A DNA stretch of 28,821 nucleotides from positions 1 through 28,821 of the IMG/VR virus record IMGVR_UViG_3300040985_001430. One strand, 5' to 3'. The position numbers and the translations under genes are program-made. Shown here piece by piece: positions 12,832 through 24,053 of this stretch (positions are counted from its first letter, which is position 1; every line of letters begins with the position of its first letter). The stretch is from a virus (Duplodnaviria; Caudoviricetes). The notes beneath the pieces were generated by a model. That model was not told where the DNA came from. It saw only the letters and a list, made by a program, of their open reading frames with translations, and did no database searches.

Positions 12832-13229
12832 TGAAAAAAGGACAAAATATTTACGGCAGTTGGGCTGAACTAAAAAGGAGGTGTAAAGATAGAAAACGTG
12901 TGTGTTTCAAAGATTACTGATGAAGGGGAATAACATGTTGTGAAAGATGGGAAAAATTTGAAAACTTTTATAACGACATGTGGGATTCATGGAAGCCCTG
13001 ATTACAGATAGACAGAATTGATAACGATTGAAATTATGAAAAAAGTAATTGCAGATGGGTTACAAGAAAGGAGAACTGTAGGAATAAGAGTAATAACAGA
13101 ATACTAGAATTTAATTGAATGAAAAAGTGTATAGCTGAATGGGCTGAGTACCTATGAATAAAGCAGAGTACATTATACCAAAGATACCACACTTATAAGT
13201 GGAGTATCGAAAAATGTTTAACATATTAA
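12831..13229 (+). CDS. HNH homing endonuclease, 132 aa
   Basis: WAELKRRC...YGGRGITCCERWEKFENFYNDM...IDRIDNDGNYEKSNCRWVTRKENCRNK. TAATG-coupled to the adaptor gene. Confidence 0.92.
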
Positions 13230-13239
13230 CCAAACTACC

Positions 13240-15195
13240 TTGGGATTTATACCAAAAACTAGAATAGCACAGGCTGATAACATAACTACTTCTACATGAG
13301 GTAGTGCTTGAGAAAATTTACTGACAGCAGTAGAGCTTCTTGATAATCAGTTTGTTACTGAGATGACTAATTACTTTATTCCAAGGCCTTGAGAACTAGA
13401 AAAGGCTAAGGGGAGAGTAGAGTTATTCCAATCTAACGTATCAGCTGAGAGCGTTACCATGCTTGAAAAGTACAATGATGATATTTATATATATGCTCAT
13501 TGAACTACAGTTTGATATTACACAATATCAACAGACACAGCAGCAGCATTAAAAACAGACTTTACTACATCAGACAGATTCACATGAGCTTTATATTGAG
13601 ATTTCTTCTTTGTTTGCAATTGAACTGATGAATTATTTAGAATACAACCAGCCTTATGATCTGAATTAGTAACTAATTGAGACTTTGCATCTTGAGATCT
13701 AACTTGATGGACTCAATCATGAACTTGACCAACAGTGTCATGAAATCAATTAGTAGCTACTACTAATACAACATGAACCATTACACAAACCTTATCAATT
13801 ACTCCATGAAGTGATTATGTTTTCACATATGATGGTATTTCAAACTCTTGAGGATTATGATCTGCACAGTTAGATATGACATGAGTGTTAAAGCCAGATC
13901 CAAGTGAGATAACATTCTGAGCATCGTCTTGAAGTACTGATAATCAATATAAATTTAGAGCAACATGAACATCATTTTGATTTAAGATTAAGCTATGATC
14001 ATGAGATGCCGCTACATTCGACAATCTTTCAGTAAAAGCGATAACATGAGTACTTGAAATAACATCGGTTCCAACAGCTCCATCTCCTAAAATAGTAAGA
14101 GTTATAAAAGATAGATTATTCCTATGAGATGTTGATGACGAAGTTAGTAAGACTATATGGTCAGATCAAGATGTTGTTTCTTCAGCAGAGAAAAAACAAT
14201 GGATTCCATTCACATCTTTTGCATCATGAACACTTCCGAGATCAGCTACAGCTTCATCTTCTACCTTTGCTAGACATCTATGAACACTAAAAGACATAGT
14301 AGCAGTAGACAATCCTAATCTTTGAAATGTTATCATGCCAATACATGATAATGGTTATTATTGATTTGATTTACAAACAAATGAAGCTTACGAGCAAATT
14401 ACTAGAGTAAACTTTGATATAAAATGAAACTGAGGTTTTAGATGAATAGATACACCAGAATGAGTATTCATGATAAACAAGACATGATGCTGGCATATAC
14501 AAGAGGCTTGAAGAGAAGTTAATGTATTTAGACTCTTATGACAAGATTTCTGGGATACAGTAGATGCTAGTAATGCAGATCTAGTTTATGACAATAATAA
14601 AGATATGTTATTAGCTACAGTTGATACAACTTGAAATTGAGTGAATGACACTGTGATCTGGAGAGCTAAGATTGAGGTTATAAATGAACGCTGAGAGGCT
14701 TTAGCATGATGGGCGCTATGAAAGTATGATCTATGATCTAATACTGTTCTAATGGCTGATTGATTAAAGACATTTTGAGGTGACAATGATTGATCTGTTT
14801 ACCAACTATTTAGCTGAACAACAGATGACTGATCAGACATAACTTCTAACTTTGAACAAGAAATAAGATTATGAAGCGTTAATGAACTTCATGACTTAGA
14901 ACAATTGATAATGAAATGATTCTTTAGCAGCTGATGAGATGTAGATTTGGATATCGATATATACGAGGATGACGGTACTAAAACTTCAAATAAGAAGCAA
15001 TTAACTATCACAATGCCATGAGCATGAAACTCAGTAGAAACTAGAATATTTAAAGAAGTAAAGATACCAAACCTACAAAGAATAATAATAAGGCTGACAT
15101 CAGCAGATCAAAAAGCTCATAAGATCACATATATACAGCTTGCGACACAATCAAAGGGCTTGAATACAAAAAGTCAAAACCTCACTACAGTATAA
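13240..15195 (+). CDS. Tail nozzle / DNA-stabilisation protein (probable), 651 aa, TTG start
   Basis: Long beta-rich ORF after the adaptor and before the ejection-like genes. Motifs PGELEKAKG, FFVCNGTD, IKDRLFLG..IWSD. Contains an inserted CBM-like domain. Confidence 0.7.
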
Positions 15196-15211
15196 ATAAT
15201 AACTACCTACT

Positions 15212-17101
15212 ATGCCTACAGCACAAGAACAAATATCAGCTTTGAGAAAGAGAAAAGAAGTTACTGACTTAAAGAAGAAACGAGACGCAGCAGAAAAAGC
15301 TAGGAAATTAGCTAATCAACAAAAGAGAGCTGCTCAGGCTAAAAGACTTGTTGAAAAATGAGCTTCTTGAGTGACTTGAGATAGATGAACTGTTTTATTT
15401 GAACCTTGAAAAACTGATGTAGCTAAATGAACTACTAGACAAAGATTCGTACAAGCAGCTCCAAAGCCAGCAGTTAAAGAAACAGCTGCACAGCAACCTT
15501 GAGTACAAGTATGAGAAACTGTACAGAATCAATTAGACGTTAAAACTATAGATAGAACTCCTAAAACCAAGGGGCAATTGCTTGCTATACAAACAGCAGC
15601 AGAAATAGAAGAAGAACAAAGACTTGCATGAAACCTAAGAAGAGATGAAGAGTTTTGAGTAGGATGAACACAAGACATAGAGCTGAAGCAAAAAGCTAAG
15701 TCAGAAATGGCATTAGAAAATATTGCTACACAAAGAAAACTAGCAGAGGACTTACTAGCAAGAAAAAAAGCAGCGATTGCATCTTGATTATCAGAACCAA
15801 GATGAACTGTACAAACATGAAGCGGTGCACTTGTTGGGAGTGCGATAGATAGAGCTGAATCAGCATCGAGCATACTAGAAAACCAACTCGAAACCAGTAG
15901 GCTCACAATCCAGGGCGCACAAGATAGATTGACGAGAGCACAGGCTTCATGAGACTCTGCTGAAATCATAAGAGCATCACAGGAACTAAGAGCGAATAGA
16001 TCTCAGATGCAAGGTCAGAAGATTCAATTATTGCAAATACAAAGAGAGGACGCATCTAATATATGAAGCCTATTAACTGGTACGGAGTCAGATGCTGAAT
16101 TATTAAGCATATCAGAAGAGCAATGAGTTGACGCAGGCCTTCTTACTCTTATAAGAGATAATAAATTAACAGAAAACACTTGAGAAGTTCAAAGAATGCA
16201 AGCAGCTTCACAGGCTACAGCATTTAAGAACTTTCAAAGCCTGGATACATCTCAGGTTGCTGCATTGTGAAATACGCAAGCTGATCAGTTTAATAAGACA
16301 ATGTGATTAGCTCCATGAACTGTTCAGAGTTTCATTTTAGCAGCTCAAGAGGCTGAGAATATGACATGAGAAGAAAAGAGGCTAAAGCAAGCAGAGATAC
16401 AATCTAGGATCAATGAGAATTTAGCACAAGCTCAGGCTGTATTGATAAAAGCATGATGATCAACAACATGAAGATCTTCTTGATGAGTGTGAGGCTCTTG
16501 ATTTATATCGGCGCAAAATATTCCACTTACTCCTGCACAAGATTTACAAAGGCAATCAGATGTACAGCAAGCTCCTAAGTTGACTTGAACTGCTTATGAC
16601 AGAGCTATAAAAAGAGCTATATCTAATTGATATTGAGAAGAATTCTTAAAAGCAGCTTCTATAGATAAGCTATCATGAGAGTCTGCAAAAATAAAAGAAA
16701 TCGCAGATTGATGAATGAGATGAGTACAAAATTTAACTAAGGAACTATCAAAACCGTGATGATGATTTGATAATTGAAAGTTGTATTTACCTTGAAACAG
16801 GGTTACAGATTTATATATAAATGATTTAAAAGATTCAATATGAAGACTAAGATCATGATGAGCTATTACTGCAGATGAATTATGAACATTTGAAAACTTA
16901 TTGCCAAAAGCATGGGATAGTGACAGAACTATCTGAGTTAAATTAAAAGAAATTAAGGATAAGTTCCAATGATTACAATCTAGTATATCATGAAAGCCTG
17001 TAGAAGATGTAATAGTAGAGGCTTCTTGATTATTAGAAGAGGCATGAGACTTATGAGGGACAACAACTGTAAACAACATTATAAATAACTTACCAGAATA
17101 A
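15212..17101 (+). CDS. Internal virion / DNA ejection protein (probable), 629 aa
   Basis: Ala/Gln/Glu-rich helical protein with a Gly/Ser linker and RLRSGGAITADE near the C-terminus. Position typical of podovirus ejection genes. Confidence 0.65.
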
Positions 17102-17103
17102 AT

Positions 17104-18840
17104 ATGGCACTACCAAAAAATAAAGAAGAATTGGCAACTAGACTAACAGAGCTACAATGACAGTGATGGGATTCTGATAAGCTTCAATGATATGCAAATC
17201 AATGGTCTTCTCTAAAAAAAAGTCAATGAATAGACTTAACGACAGGAGAGAAGCCTAAGTGATTTCTTGAAAGGACCTGAGAAAGATTATCGGAAAGATG
17301 AGGAGAAATAATTAAGACTGTGTCAGAGATACCACAATGAAGAATAAGCCCTGTTGAATCTTGAATAAGAGTTCTTTGAGATGTAGCATGATGAGTAAAT
17401 GATTTAATAGGAGAAGCTGTTGTGTCATGATTTAGAGCAGCATGAGAGCCATGAAAAAAGACTGTACAGGATTTTGTTAAGACTGATATATGACAAAGTG
17501 CTTTAGAAGCCTTACAGTGATGAGTTGAATCATATAATAAATTTAAAAATTCTTCAGAGTGAATAAGAAGGGCTGTTGAATCTTTTGAAGGTGTTGTTAA
17601 TATTTGAGAGCTTTTATTGTTCAAATGATGAGCTACAGCTACAAAGAAGGTAGCAAAAGAGGCTGCTGAAGATATATGAAAAGCTGCAGCTAAAAAGGCA
17701 TGAGCCCTAGAAAGGTGAGCAGTTGAATCTGTTAGAGAGACAGCAGAAGAAATAGCATTACCAACTCTTAAAGAGCTTTGAAAAAGACAAAGAGCTTGAG
17801 CAGCTAAAGAAGTAGTTGAAACCTGATGAATATGACCTTTAAAAAAAGAATCATTAGTAAGAAGTCCTAAAGAAATAGTAGCAATAGAGGAGACAGCTAG
17901 GCTGATCAATGAATGAAAGCTTGCTCAAAGTATGTCGGAAGTTAAGAAATTAAGTGCTATTTGAGAAGAGATAGAATGATTGGCATGAGCTTTATCTGCT
18001 AGATTGAAAGGATCTTGAGTGCAATTCACAAGATCAGAACTTGATGATCTATTCACATGAATTAAGACAGAGTTAGTTGATAGTCCTATTATTGTATGAG
18101 ACGCTGAGGCTTCATTTAAGAAGCTTAATGCTCAAATAGAGAAGCTTATACCAAAGAAAGACGTAATGGACGCTGACGAGATACTACAACTAAGAAAAGA
18201 TATAGATAGCACGGTAAAAAGATTTAAAGGTGAATGAGTGTTTGACCCTAAGAATGAAAATGCATTTACTGAAACCTTAAGAGCTTACAGGCAATGAATA
18301 AACGATACTTTAGAGGCTAAAGCCCCAGAGGCTGATGTTAAAAATCTTTTACAAAGACAAAGTGCTTTGTTTCAAGTAGAAAAGACTATATGAGAAAGGT
18401 TCAGCGCAAGAGCAACAACCATTCCTTGAAAAATATTACAAGCTTTTGAACAAAAAACATGATTACCTAGAACTGAAATAATAGAGGCATGAACAGCTAT
18501 TTGATTATCTTGATTTGCTCCATGACTTGCCACTGTAGCATGATGATTATTAGGGGTTAGCTTAACTAATAGATTGCTTAAAAGCAGTATATTGAGAACT
18601 AGACTGGCAGAACTACTAAGAAAAGTAGCTAAAAAAGATATAACCCCAGAGCAAGGGAAAGCAGATTTATGAGACCTTGTTGACAAGTTATGAAAATGAA
18701 AAGTAGCATGAACAGCCGCAGGAGTAGCTATTATAGAATCAATGGAAGAAGAGGCTAAAGAAGCAGATACATTTGAAGAATTCGTAAATAATGCTCAAGA
18801 TGAATTAAGAGAAATGTTTGAACAGGCAAAGCAGGATTAG
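17104..18840 (+). CDS. Internal virion / DNA ejection protein (probable), 578 aa
   Basis: Helical, Gly/Ala-rich, with a hydrophobic Gly-rich segment AGTAIGLSGFAPGLATVAGGLLGVSL. Confidence 0.65.
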
Positions 18841-18908
18841 TAATCTTCTAAATAAGACAGTAATCAGCATATTGCTATTCAAATACCTAAGATAGATAAT
18901 ATAGTCAT
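18837..18908 (-). CDS. 23-aa hydrophobic peptide on the opposite strand
   Basis: MTILSILGIGIAICGLLSYLEDY*, with two TGA=Gly codons. Fills the gap after the ejection gene and has its own promoter. Confidence 0.55.
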
Positions 18909-18930
18909 AATAATATAGTTAATAGACCAG

Positions 18931-18958
18931 ATTATAAACAATATGACAAATAAGTCAA
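18931..18958 (-). promoter_or_regulatory. Leftward sigma70-type promoter for the 23-aa peptide
   Basis: Minus strand reads TTGACT-16 nt-TATAAT. Confidence 0.6.
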
Positions 18959-18976
18959 GGCTAAAACAAATTCAAC

Positions 18977-19005
18977 TAGAAACATTTATCAATCCATGAT
19001 ATAAT
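18977..19005 (+). promoter_or_regulatory. Extended -10 promoter for the tail fibre module
   Basis: TGATATAAT at 18997-19005, the same 9-mer as the 1405 and 4451 promoters. Weak -35 (TAGAAA). Confidence 0.55.
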
Positions 19006-19016
19006 TAACACAACAT

Positions 19017-19199
19017 ATGATTTCAAGAAATAACACAGACGCGCTTAAAACCAATTTCTCTACTTTTGTAGACGGAAGCTCTAATGATAGATTCTTAATA
19101 TTTTGAGGATGAGTAGTGCCAGCATCTTGAAACGCTCTCTTAGAGGACTGAACAGATATTCTCTTAGAGGATTGAACAAATATGTTATTGGAATGATAA
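19017..19199 (+). CDS. Small protein with LLEDG repeats, 60 aa
   Basis: C-terminus ALLEDGTDILLEDGTNMLLEG. DNA repeat CTCTTAGAGGA(C/T)TGAACA occurs twice. Confidence 0.7.
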
Positions 19200-19215
19200 A
19201 ATTAACCACATATAA

Positions 19216-19362
19216 ATGTATAAATTACCAGCGAGTTTAAAACAAGACCTCTTACTAATCCTACAAAATGCAAAAACTGATTTCTCTTTTAGTCAGATAT
19301 GAGCAATTATAAAACAAGTAACAGAATTAGAAGAGATTAAAGACAAACCTATAACCAAATAA
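19216..19362 (+). CDS. Hypothetical protein, 48 aa
   Basis: MYKLPASLKQDLLLILQNAKTDFSFSQIGAIIKQV... Confidence 0.55.
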
Positions 19363-19364
19363 TT

Positions 19365-20222
19365 ATGTCAAGTAAAGTATCAGCACTAGCAAGCGCAACA
19401 CCATTAGTAACGGATTTAATGTATCTTGTTGATGATCCTTGAGGTTCCCCAGTATCTAAAAGTGTTTTAATATCAGCAGTAGACACACTTCTATCTGCTA
19501 CAACAAAAACTCTTACAAATAAGACTATAGACTTATGAAGTAACACTTTAACTTTTACTTCAGCACAGTTAATAACTGCATGTAGTGATGAAACTTGAAC
19601 TTGATCATTAGTATTTGCTACATCTCCTACATTAGTAACTCCAGCTTTATGAACTCCAGCTTCTTGAGTAATGACTAATGTCACTTGAACAGCAGCTTGA
19701 TTAACAGCATGAGCAGTTTCAACTATAACTGGACTAGCTCCAGATACAGCAACAACACAAGCTATACAGGCATCAATAACAACTTGTGCTAACTTAGTTA
19801 CTGTATGAGCTTTAAACTCTTGATCTATAGCTTCTTGATTCTGAAACATAGACAATTGAGCTTCTACTTTAGACACTTGAGCAGCTACATGTACAACAAT
19901 AAGAGCTTCGTCTTGATTAGAAATCAATACTCAAACATGAACAACATATACTTTAGTACTTGGAGATGCTTGAAAAGTAGTAACATTATCAAATGCAGCT
20001 GCAATTACTCTAACTATTCCTGCTAATGCTTCTGTAGCATACGCAGTATGAACAATAATAAACCTTGAACAACTTGGAGCAGGACAGGTAACAGTTGCTA
20101 TCACTTCTGATACTCTCACCTCCTCTTGAAGTTTAGTTAAGCTTACGGGGCAATATTCTTGAGCATACTTAAGAAAAACAGCAACAACAACTTGGATTTT
20201 AGTATGAGATATATCTGCGTAG
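19365..20222 (+). CDS. Tail fibre protein, 285 aa
   Basis: TKTLTNKTI, SDETGTGSLVFATSPTLVTPALGTPASG, NTQTGTTYTLVLGDAGKVV...ITLTIPANASVAYAVGT...TWILVGDI, which are typical phage fibre segments. Confidence 0.85.
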
Positions 20223-20247
20223 ATTAAATAAATTTAAATAAAATATT

Positions 20248-20979
20248 ATGTCAATATATTGAGCAACAATGTGAGTTTTAGCCGCAAGTGGATGAGCAGC
20301 AGCTTGAAACTGACTATCAAATAATATAACAGCTTACTATAAGTCTGATTCTAACTGAAGTTATCCAGATGAAGTTTGAAGTAATGACTGAACTATAGAC
20401 GGAGCTACATTTGACGCTTCTTGAAAAATAAATTGAGATTATAACTATGATTGAACAAATGATCTTATCACTCTACCAGCAGCAGCTTTAGACCTATCCT
20501 CAGCATTTACTTGGAATGCATGGGTACTAAAGAATGAAAAAGCTTGAGCTAATGACAACGATAGAATAATGACTAAGTATACTGATAGTAATAACTTCTT
20601 AAGTTTCTCTACGGATGATAACACTGGCAAGTTATGAATCTATCTAAAAAGATGAGGGACAACTATTACAAATCAATTAACATATTGAGCGTATTGAACA
20701 TGAAGCTATGTAATGTATACTATAACTTGTACATCTTGAGGCACTATGAAATTCTATATTGATTGAGTTGATACATCATCTGATTGATCTGTTTGAATAT
20801 GAACATGAACAACAGTATGATATACATTATGAACTAGGCCAGATAAGGTTGATCCAGTTGTATTCCTTGATTGAAATATAGATGAAGTATGAACTTGGAC
20901 AGAAGAACTTTCTCAGACTAAGATAGATGCCCTATATAACAGCTGATCTTGATTGTCATACGATAGCTTTACCTCTTAA
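20248..20979 (+). CDS. LamG / concanavalin A-like lectin domain protein (receptor-binding), 243 aa
   Basis: GSNDGTIDGATF..GKING..YDGTND, FTWNAWV, MKFYIDGV, LDGNIDEVGTW...IDALYNSGSG. Confidence 0.87.
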
Positions 20980-20988
20980 CAATAAAAT

Positions 20989-21285
20989 ATGCAATACGTA
21001 AAATATAATAGAATAAACACAGAGGAATTCCCTAATGATTATCAATGACCCTGAGCCATTGTAATAGATGCTTGATGAGAATTCACGCCTACAGGATGGT
21101 TTACAGCAGATAAAACACTATTCTGAATCTTTTGAGATGATGACTTTGATAAGATCCCCTCTGAATACAGCCCCTCACAATATACGCCTCAATGAGTGGT
21201 TGATGAAATGAACTGATTATACTGAGATTACTACTCTTTAGATACTGATGACTTTACAATACTAAGTATTAGACCAATAAATTAA
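20989..21285 (+). CDS. Acidic hypothetical protein (possible fibre accessory), 98 aa
   Basis: MQYVKYNRINTEEFPNDYQGPGAIV... directly after the LamG gene. Confidence 0.6.
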
Positions 21286-21290
21286 ATACC

Positions 21291-21524
21291 ATGCTTTATA
21301 ACATACCGCCTAATAACAGCAAGAAATACCAATTAAATTGGATAGATGTAAGATATAAAGCGAGAGCTTTATTAGTATGGCTAGCTCCAGTTTGACTAAT
21401 GGCAATAGAACAATTAAGAATAACTTGAACAGTAGACTATAATATCTTATGGTGAGTATTCATCTCTATGATATATGACCTTGGCGAAAACTTCATAAAA
21501 GACCACTCTAAATCAAAACTCTAA
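21291..21524 (+). CDS. Holin-like membrane protein, 77 aa
   Basis: Two hydrophobic segments (AFLVWLAPVGLMAI and ILWGVFISMIY) with charged termini. Confidence 0.6.
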
Positions 21525-21700
21525 TATTACTATTTCTGGCGCTCCTCAACATCATGCTCCTTGTCATGACAATAAGCAGTGCCAAAAAGATTAACAATTT
21601 AGAAATACAAATAGATAAACATATAGAAATTACATCACCAAGTAACGAGCTTATTCATAATATGCAAATAGATCTAAGGAATTTAAAAAATAACCACTAA
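21512..21700 (+). CDS. Membrane-anchored small protein, start uncertain
   Basis: Open frame IKTLILLFLALLNIMLLVMTISSAKKINNLEIQI...; most of the hydrophobic helix lies upstream of the first ATG. Confidence 0.4.
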   Translation: MKTLILLFLALLNIMLLVMTISSAKKINNLEIQIDKHIEITSPSNELIHNMQIDLRNLKNNH

Positions 21701-21703
21701 TAC

Positions 21704-22123
21704 ATGACTGTCACTAAATCAGAATGCGCAGAAGCTAGAAGAACCGAGGCCCACAATTTAATGAACAAAATTACTCCCATGCTTGATAAACTCACAGAAC
21801 AACTCCATAAACTAGAAACTAATTTCAGTGTGCATGCTACAGAACTTAATAATATATCTAAAAGCTTAACTGACCATATGGTTAAAGAAGAGGCTACGCA
21901 GGCTAAGATGTGAGAAACTATTGATAAGATACATGATAAGGTTACAAAAAACAAAACAGATAACGTTTCTAAAATAGAGTTTAGATTTATTATTTGAATC
22001 CTTATTACTATGGCCGTATCAGTTCTTTCTTATATCTCATATCAAATTACAATACATGATGAATATGATGAACAGAAAATACAAACCATTGAAGAGACAA
22101 TGAAAAAATTACACATGAAATAA
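21704..22123 (+). CDS. Coiled-coil protein with a C-terminal transmembrane helix (lysis-cassette type), 139 aa
   Basis: Track ORF extended through TGA. TM segment FIIGILITMAVSVLSYISY. Confidence 0.7.
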
Positions 22124-22315
22124 ATGGAAATACTTCAATATCCAGCCTTTAAAGAACTAGAAACTCTACGTGAAGAAGAGATAAGATTAAATGACGAGTA
22201 TTTAACTCTGCATAAAGAAAGTGAAGAGAGAATGAGGGAGCTAGAAAGGATACTTACTAATAACGCTCAGAATGCCTGCAGAATTGTTGCTGATATAATG
22301 ATGGATAACGAATAA
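22124..22315 (+). CDS. Hypothetical coiled-coil protein, 63 aa
   Basis: Track ORF, ends in TAA, abuts both neighbours. Confidence 0.65.
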   Translation: MEILQYPAFKELETLREEEIRLNDEYLTLHKESEERMRELERILTNNAQNACRIVADIMMDNE

Positions 22316-22488
22316 TGAGAGAAATTGATCCTATCATTATACAAGAACTAGAAGCACAGGTAAAAATGGAGAAGATCTTAATTGACAGACTTAGAGCTAT
22401 GGATGAACAAGAAGATTTCAAGATACTGTTAGACTGTATCGTAACAGTACATAATAAAATTGAACTAATCAGAACTATCATATCCTAA
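22315..22488 (+). CDS. Hypothetical protein, 57 aa
   Basis: MREIDPIIIQELEAQVKMEKILIDRL..., TAATG coupling. Confidence 0.6.
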   Translation: MREIDPIIIQELEAQVKMEKILIDRLRAMDEQEDFKILLDCIVTVHNKIELIRTIIS

Positions 22489-22683
22489 ATGAATGAAAAG
22501 ATTAAAAGAACACTGGTAATAGCATGAGTTTGATTATCCGTTTGTTCTGTGATATACTTAAATAAAGATTTTAATTACAGACTAACCTTAGCATCGGAGA
22601 AAGACATAGCAGAAAAACGCAGAGTAATAAAGGCTCAATTAGATTGTATATTAAATGAAAGATCTCGACCGATCAATAGATAA
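22489..22683 (+). CDS. Hypothetical membrane-anchored protein, 64 aa
   Basis: MNEKIKRTLVIAGVGLSVCSVIYL... Confidence 0.55.
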
Positions 22684-22810
22684 GTTACTAAAGAAGCTAT
22701 GAGCAGATCTAAATGCATATGCATACTTTCAGCTAATAGATAAGATCCATAAAAAGACTAAGAAAGCTTACACCGAATGATACAACGATGCTTATAAACT
22801 TAACAAATAA
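22655..22810 (+). CDS. Hypothetical protein, 51 aa
   Basis: MKDLDRSIDKLLKKLGADLN...KAYTEGYNDAY. Confidence 0.5.
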
Positions 22811-22813
22811 ACT

Positions 22814-23014
22814 ATGGCTAAATATAAAATATGAACATCATGTACAAAATGCTGAGACAGGTGAGCAACTACTGAATATTTAGACTGATGGCCAAACCCT
22901 AGTATGCTAGATGTATTTTGATGACCTCCTGATGATTTTGAACCTACACCGTCCATGAGGAGAACTTGCAACAACTGTTGATATATATGGCTTGAAGAAC
23001 CACTTAACAAATAA
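22814..23014 (+). CDS. Zinc-ribbon protein, 66 aa
   Basis: CTKCG...RTCNNCGYIW. Confidence 0.65.
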
Positions 23015-23019
23015 ACCCT

Positions 23020-23268
23020 ATGATAGAACAATTAAAAGAACAATCTTATTTAGAACACAGAGAGATCCACACAATCCTTGATGATCTTTCAAAGAGATTT
23101 GAACATCGTTTCAATAGCAGAGAAATGCAAGCACTTGAATCATTAAAAGAGATTCAGTTAGTAGTAGCAGACAACATTAAAGGAAGAGTTGACCTTGAGA
23201 GGCTTGATTTTGATGAAGCTCCAGATCAAATGACAAATGGAGGGCTAACATATATAAATGAGGTATAG
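23020..23268 (+). CDS. Hypothetical protein, 82 aa
   Basis: Track ORF ending in TAG, preceded by the A-rich start motif used elsewhere in this genome. Confidence 0.65.
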   Translation: MIEQLKEQSYLEHREIHTILDDLSKRFEHRFNSREMQALESLKEIQLVVADNIKGRVDLERLDFDEAPDQMTNGGLTYINEV

Positions 23269-23336
23269 CAAAAGAACATTGAATTAACAACGAACTTATG
23301 CTATAGTTAAAGTACTAACAATTAACTATAAACATT

Positions 23337-23861
23337 ATGAATGAAATATGGAAAGATATCAAGCGATATGAGTGATTATATCAAGTTAGCAGTCTATGAA
23401 GAGTGAAAACATTAAGCATTAAAGGTTCCAAGAAAGACAGAATTATGACATGATGCAAAAATAGGTGATACATAATAGTATCTTTTTCAAAAAACAATAT
23501 ACCTAATAAGAGAAAATTTAGCGTGCATAGACTAGTAGCTCAGGCATTTCTTTGACTAGATATAGATAGCTTAGTCTTGGTTGTGTGTCATAAGGATGAT
23601 AATAAAAGTAATAACACAGTTGAGAACTTATTTATAGGTACCCAGGCTGACAATATACAAGATTGTGTGAACAAATGAAGACAAGTTAGGTGAGAAAAAA
23701 ATAGAGCTGCAAAATTAACAAATAATAATGTTATAGATATAAGAAAAGCATTAAAAGCATGACGGTCCTGCAAAGATATAGCACAGTATTATCCAGTTCA
23801 TTTCAAATCAATTGAAGAAATAAAATACTGAAATACTTGGACTCATATTCAATTAACATAA
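23337..23861 (+). CDS. NUMOD4-HNH homing endonuclease, 174 aa
   Basis: EIWKDIKRYEGLYQVSSLGRVK (NUMOD4), VHRLVAQAFL, VCHKDDNKSNNTVENL..GTQADN (HNH) and a C-terminal HTH-like region. Confidence 0.94.
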
Positions 23862-23870
23862 CTAACACAT

Positions 23871-24053
23871 ATGTCAGAAGCGTTAAAGATTTGCCTTTGG
23901 ACTTGAGCCTTATGAATAGTAAGTACACTATTAAGTGTAATGCTAAGTCCAGATAATCAAGAAAACTTAACATTAGATCAAACTCATGTTAACGAAATCG
24001 AGAAACCTTTACATAGATTACCACCTAAACAAATAAGATATGAAAGCAGATAG
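23871..24053 (+). CDS. Small membrane-anchored protein overlapping the endolysin start, 60 aa
   Basis: MSEALKICLWTGALGIVSTLLSVML... Confidence 0.5.

Noticed and set aside
8347-20630. Long minus-strand ORFs in the track (e.g. 8674-9042, 15529-15969, 16594-17079, 17223-17909, 19349-19927)
   Set aside because: They are antisense shadows of the real plus-strand genes. Their His/Gln/Ser richness reflects reverse-complemented TGA codons, and they contain no recognisable motifs.
19365-20979. Diversity-generating retroelement targeting the fibre or LamG gene
   Set aside because: No reverse transcriptase and no template/variable repeat pair was seen in the window.
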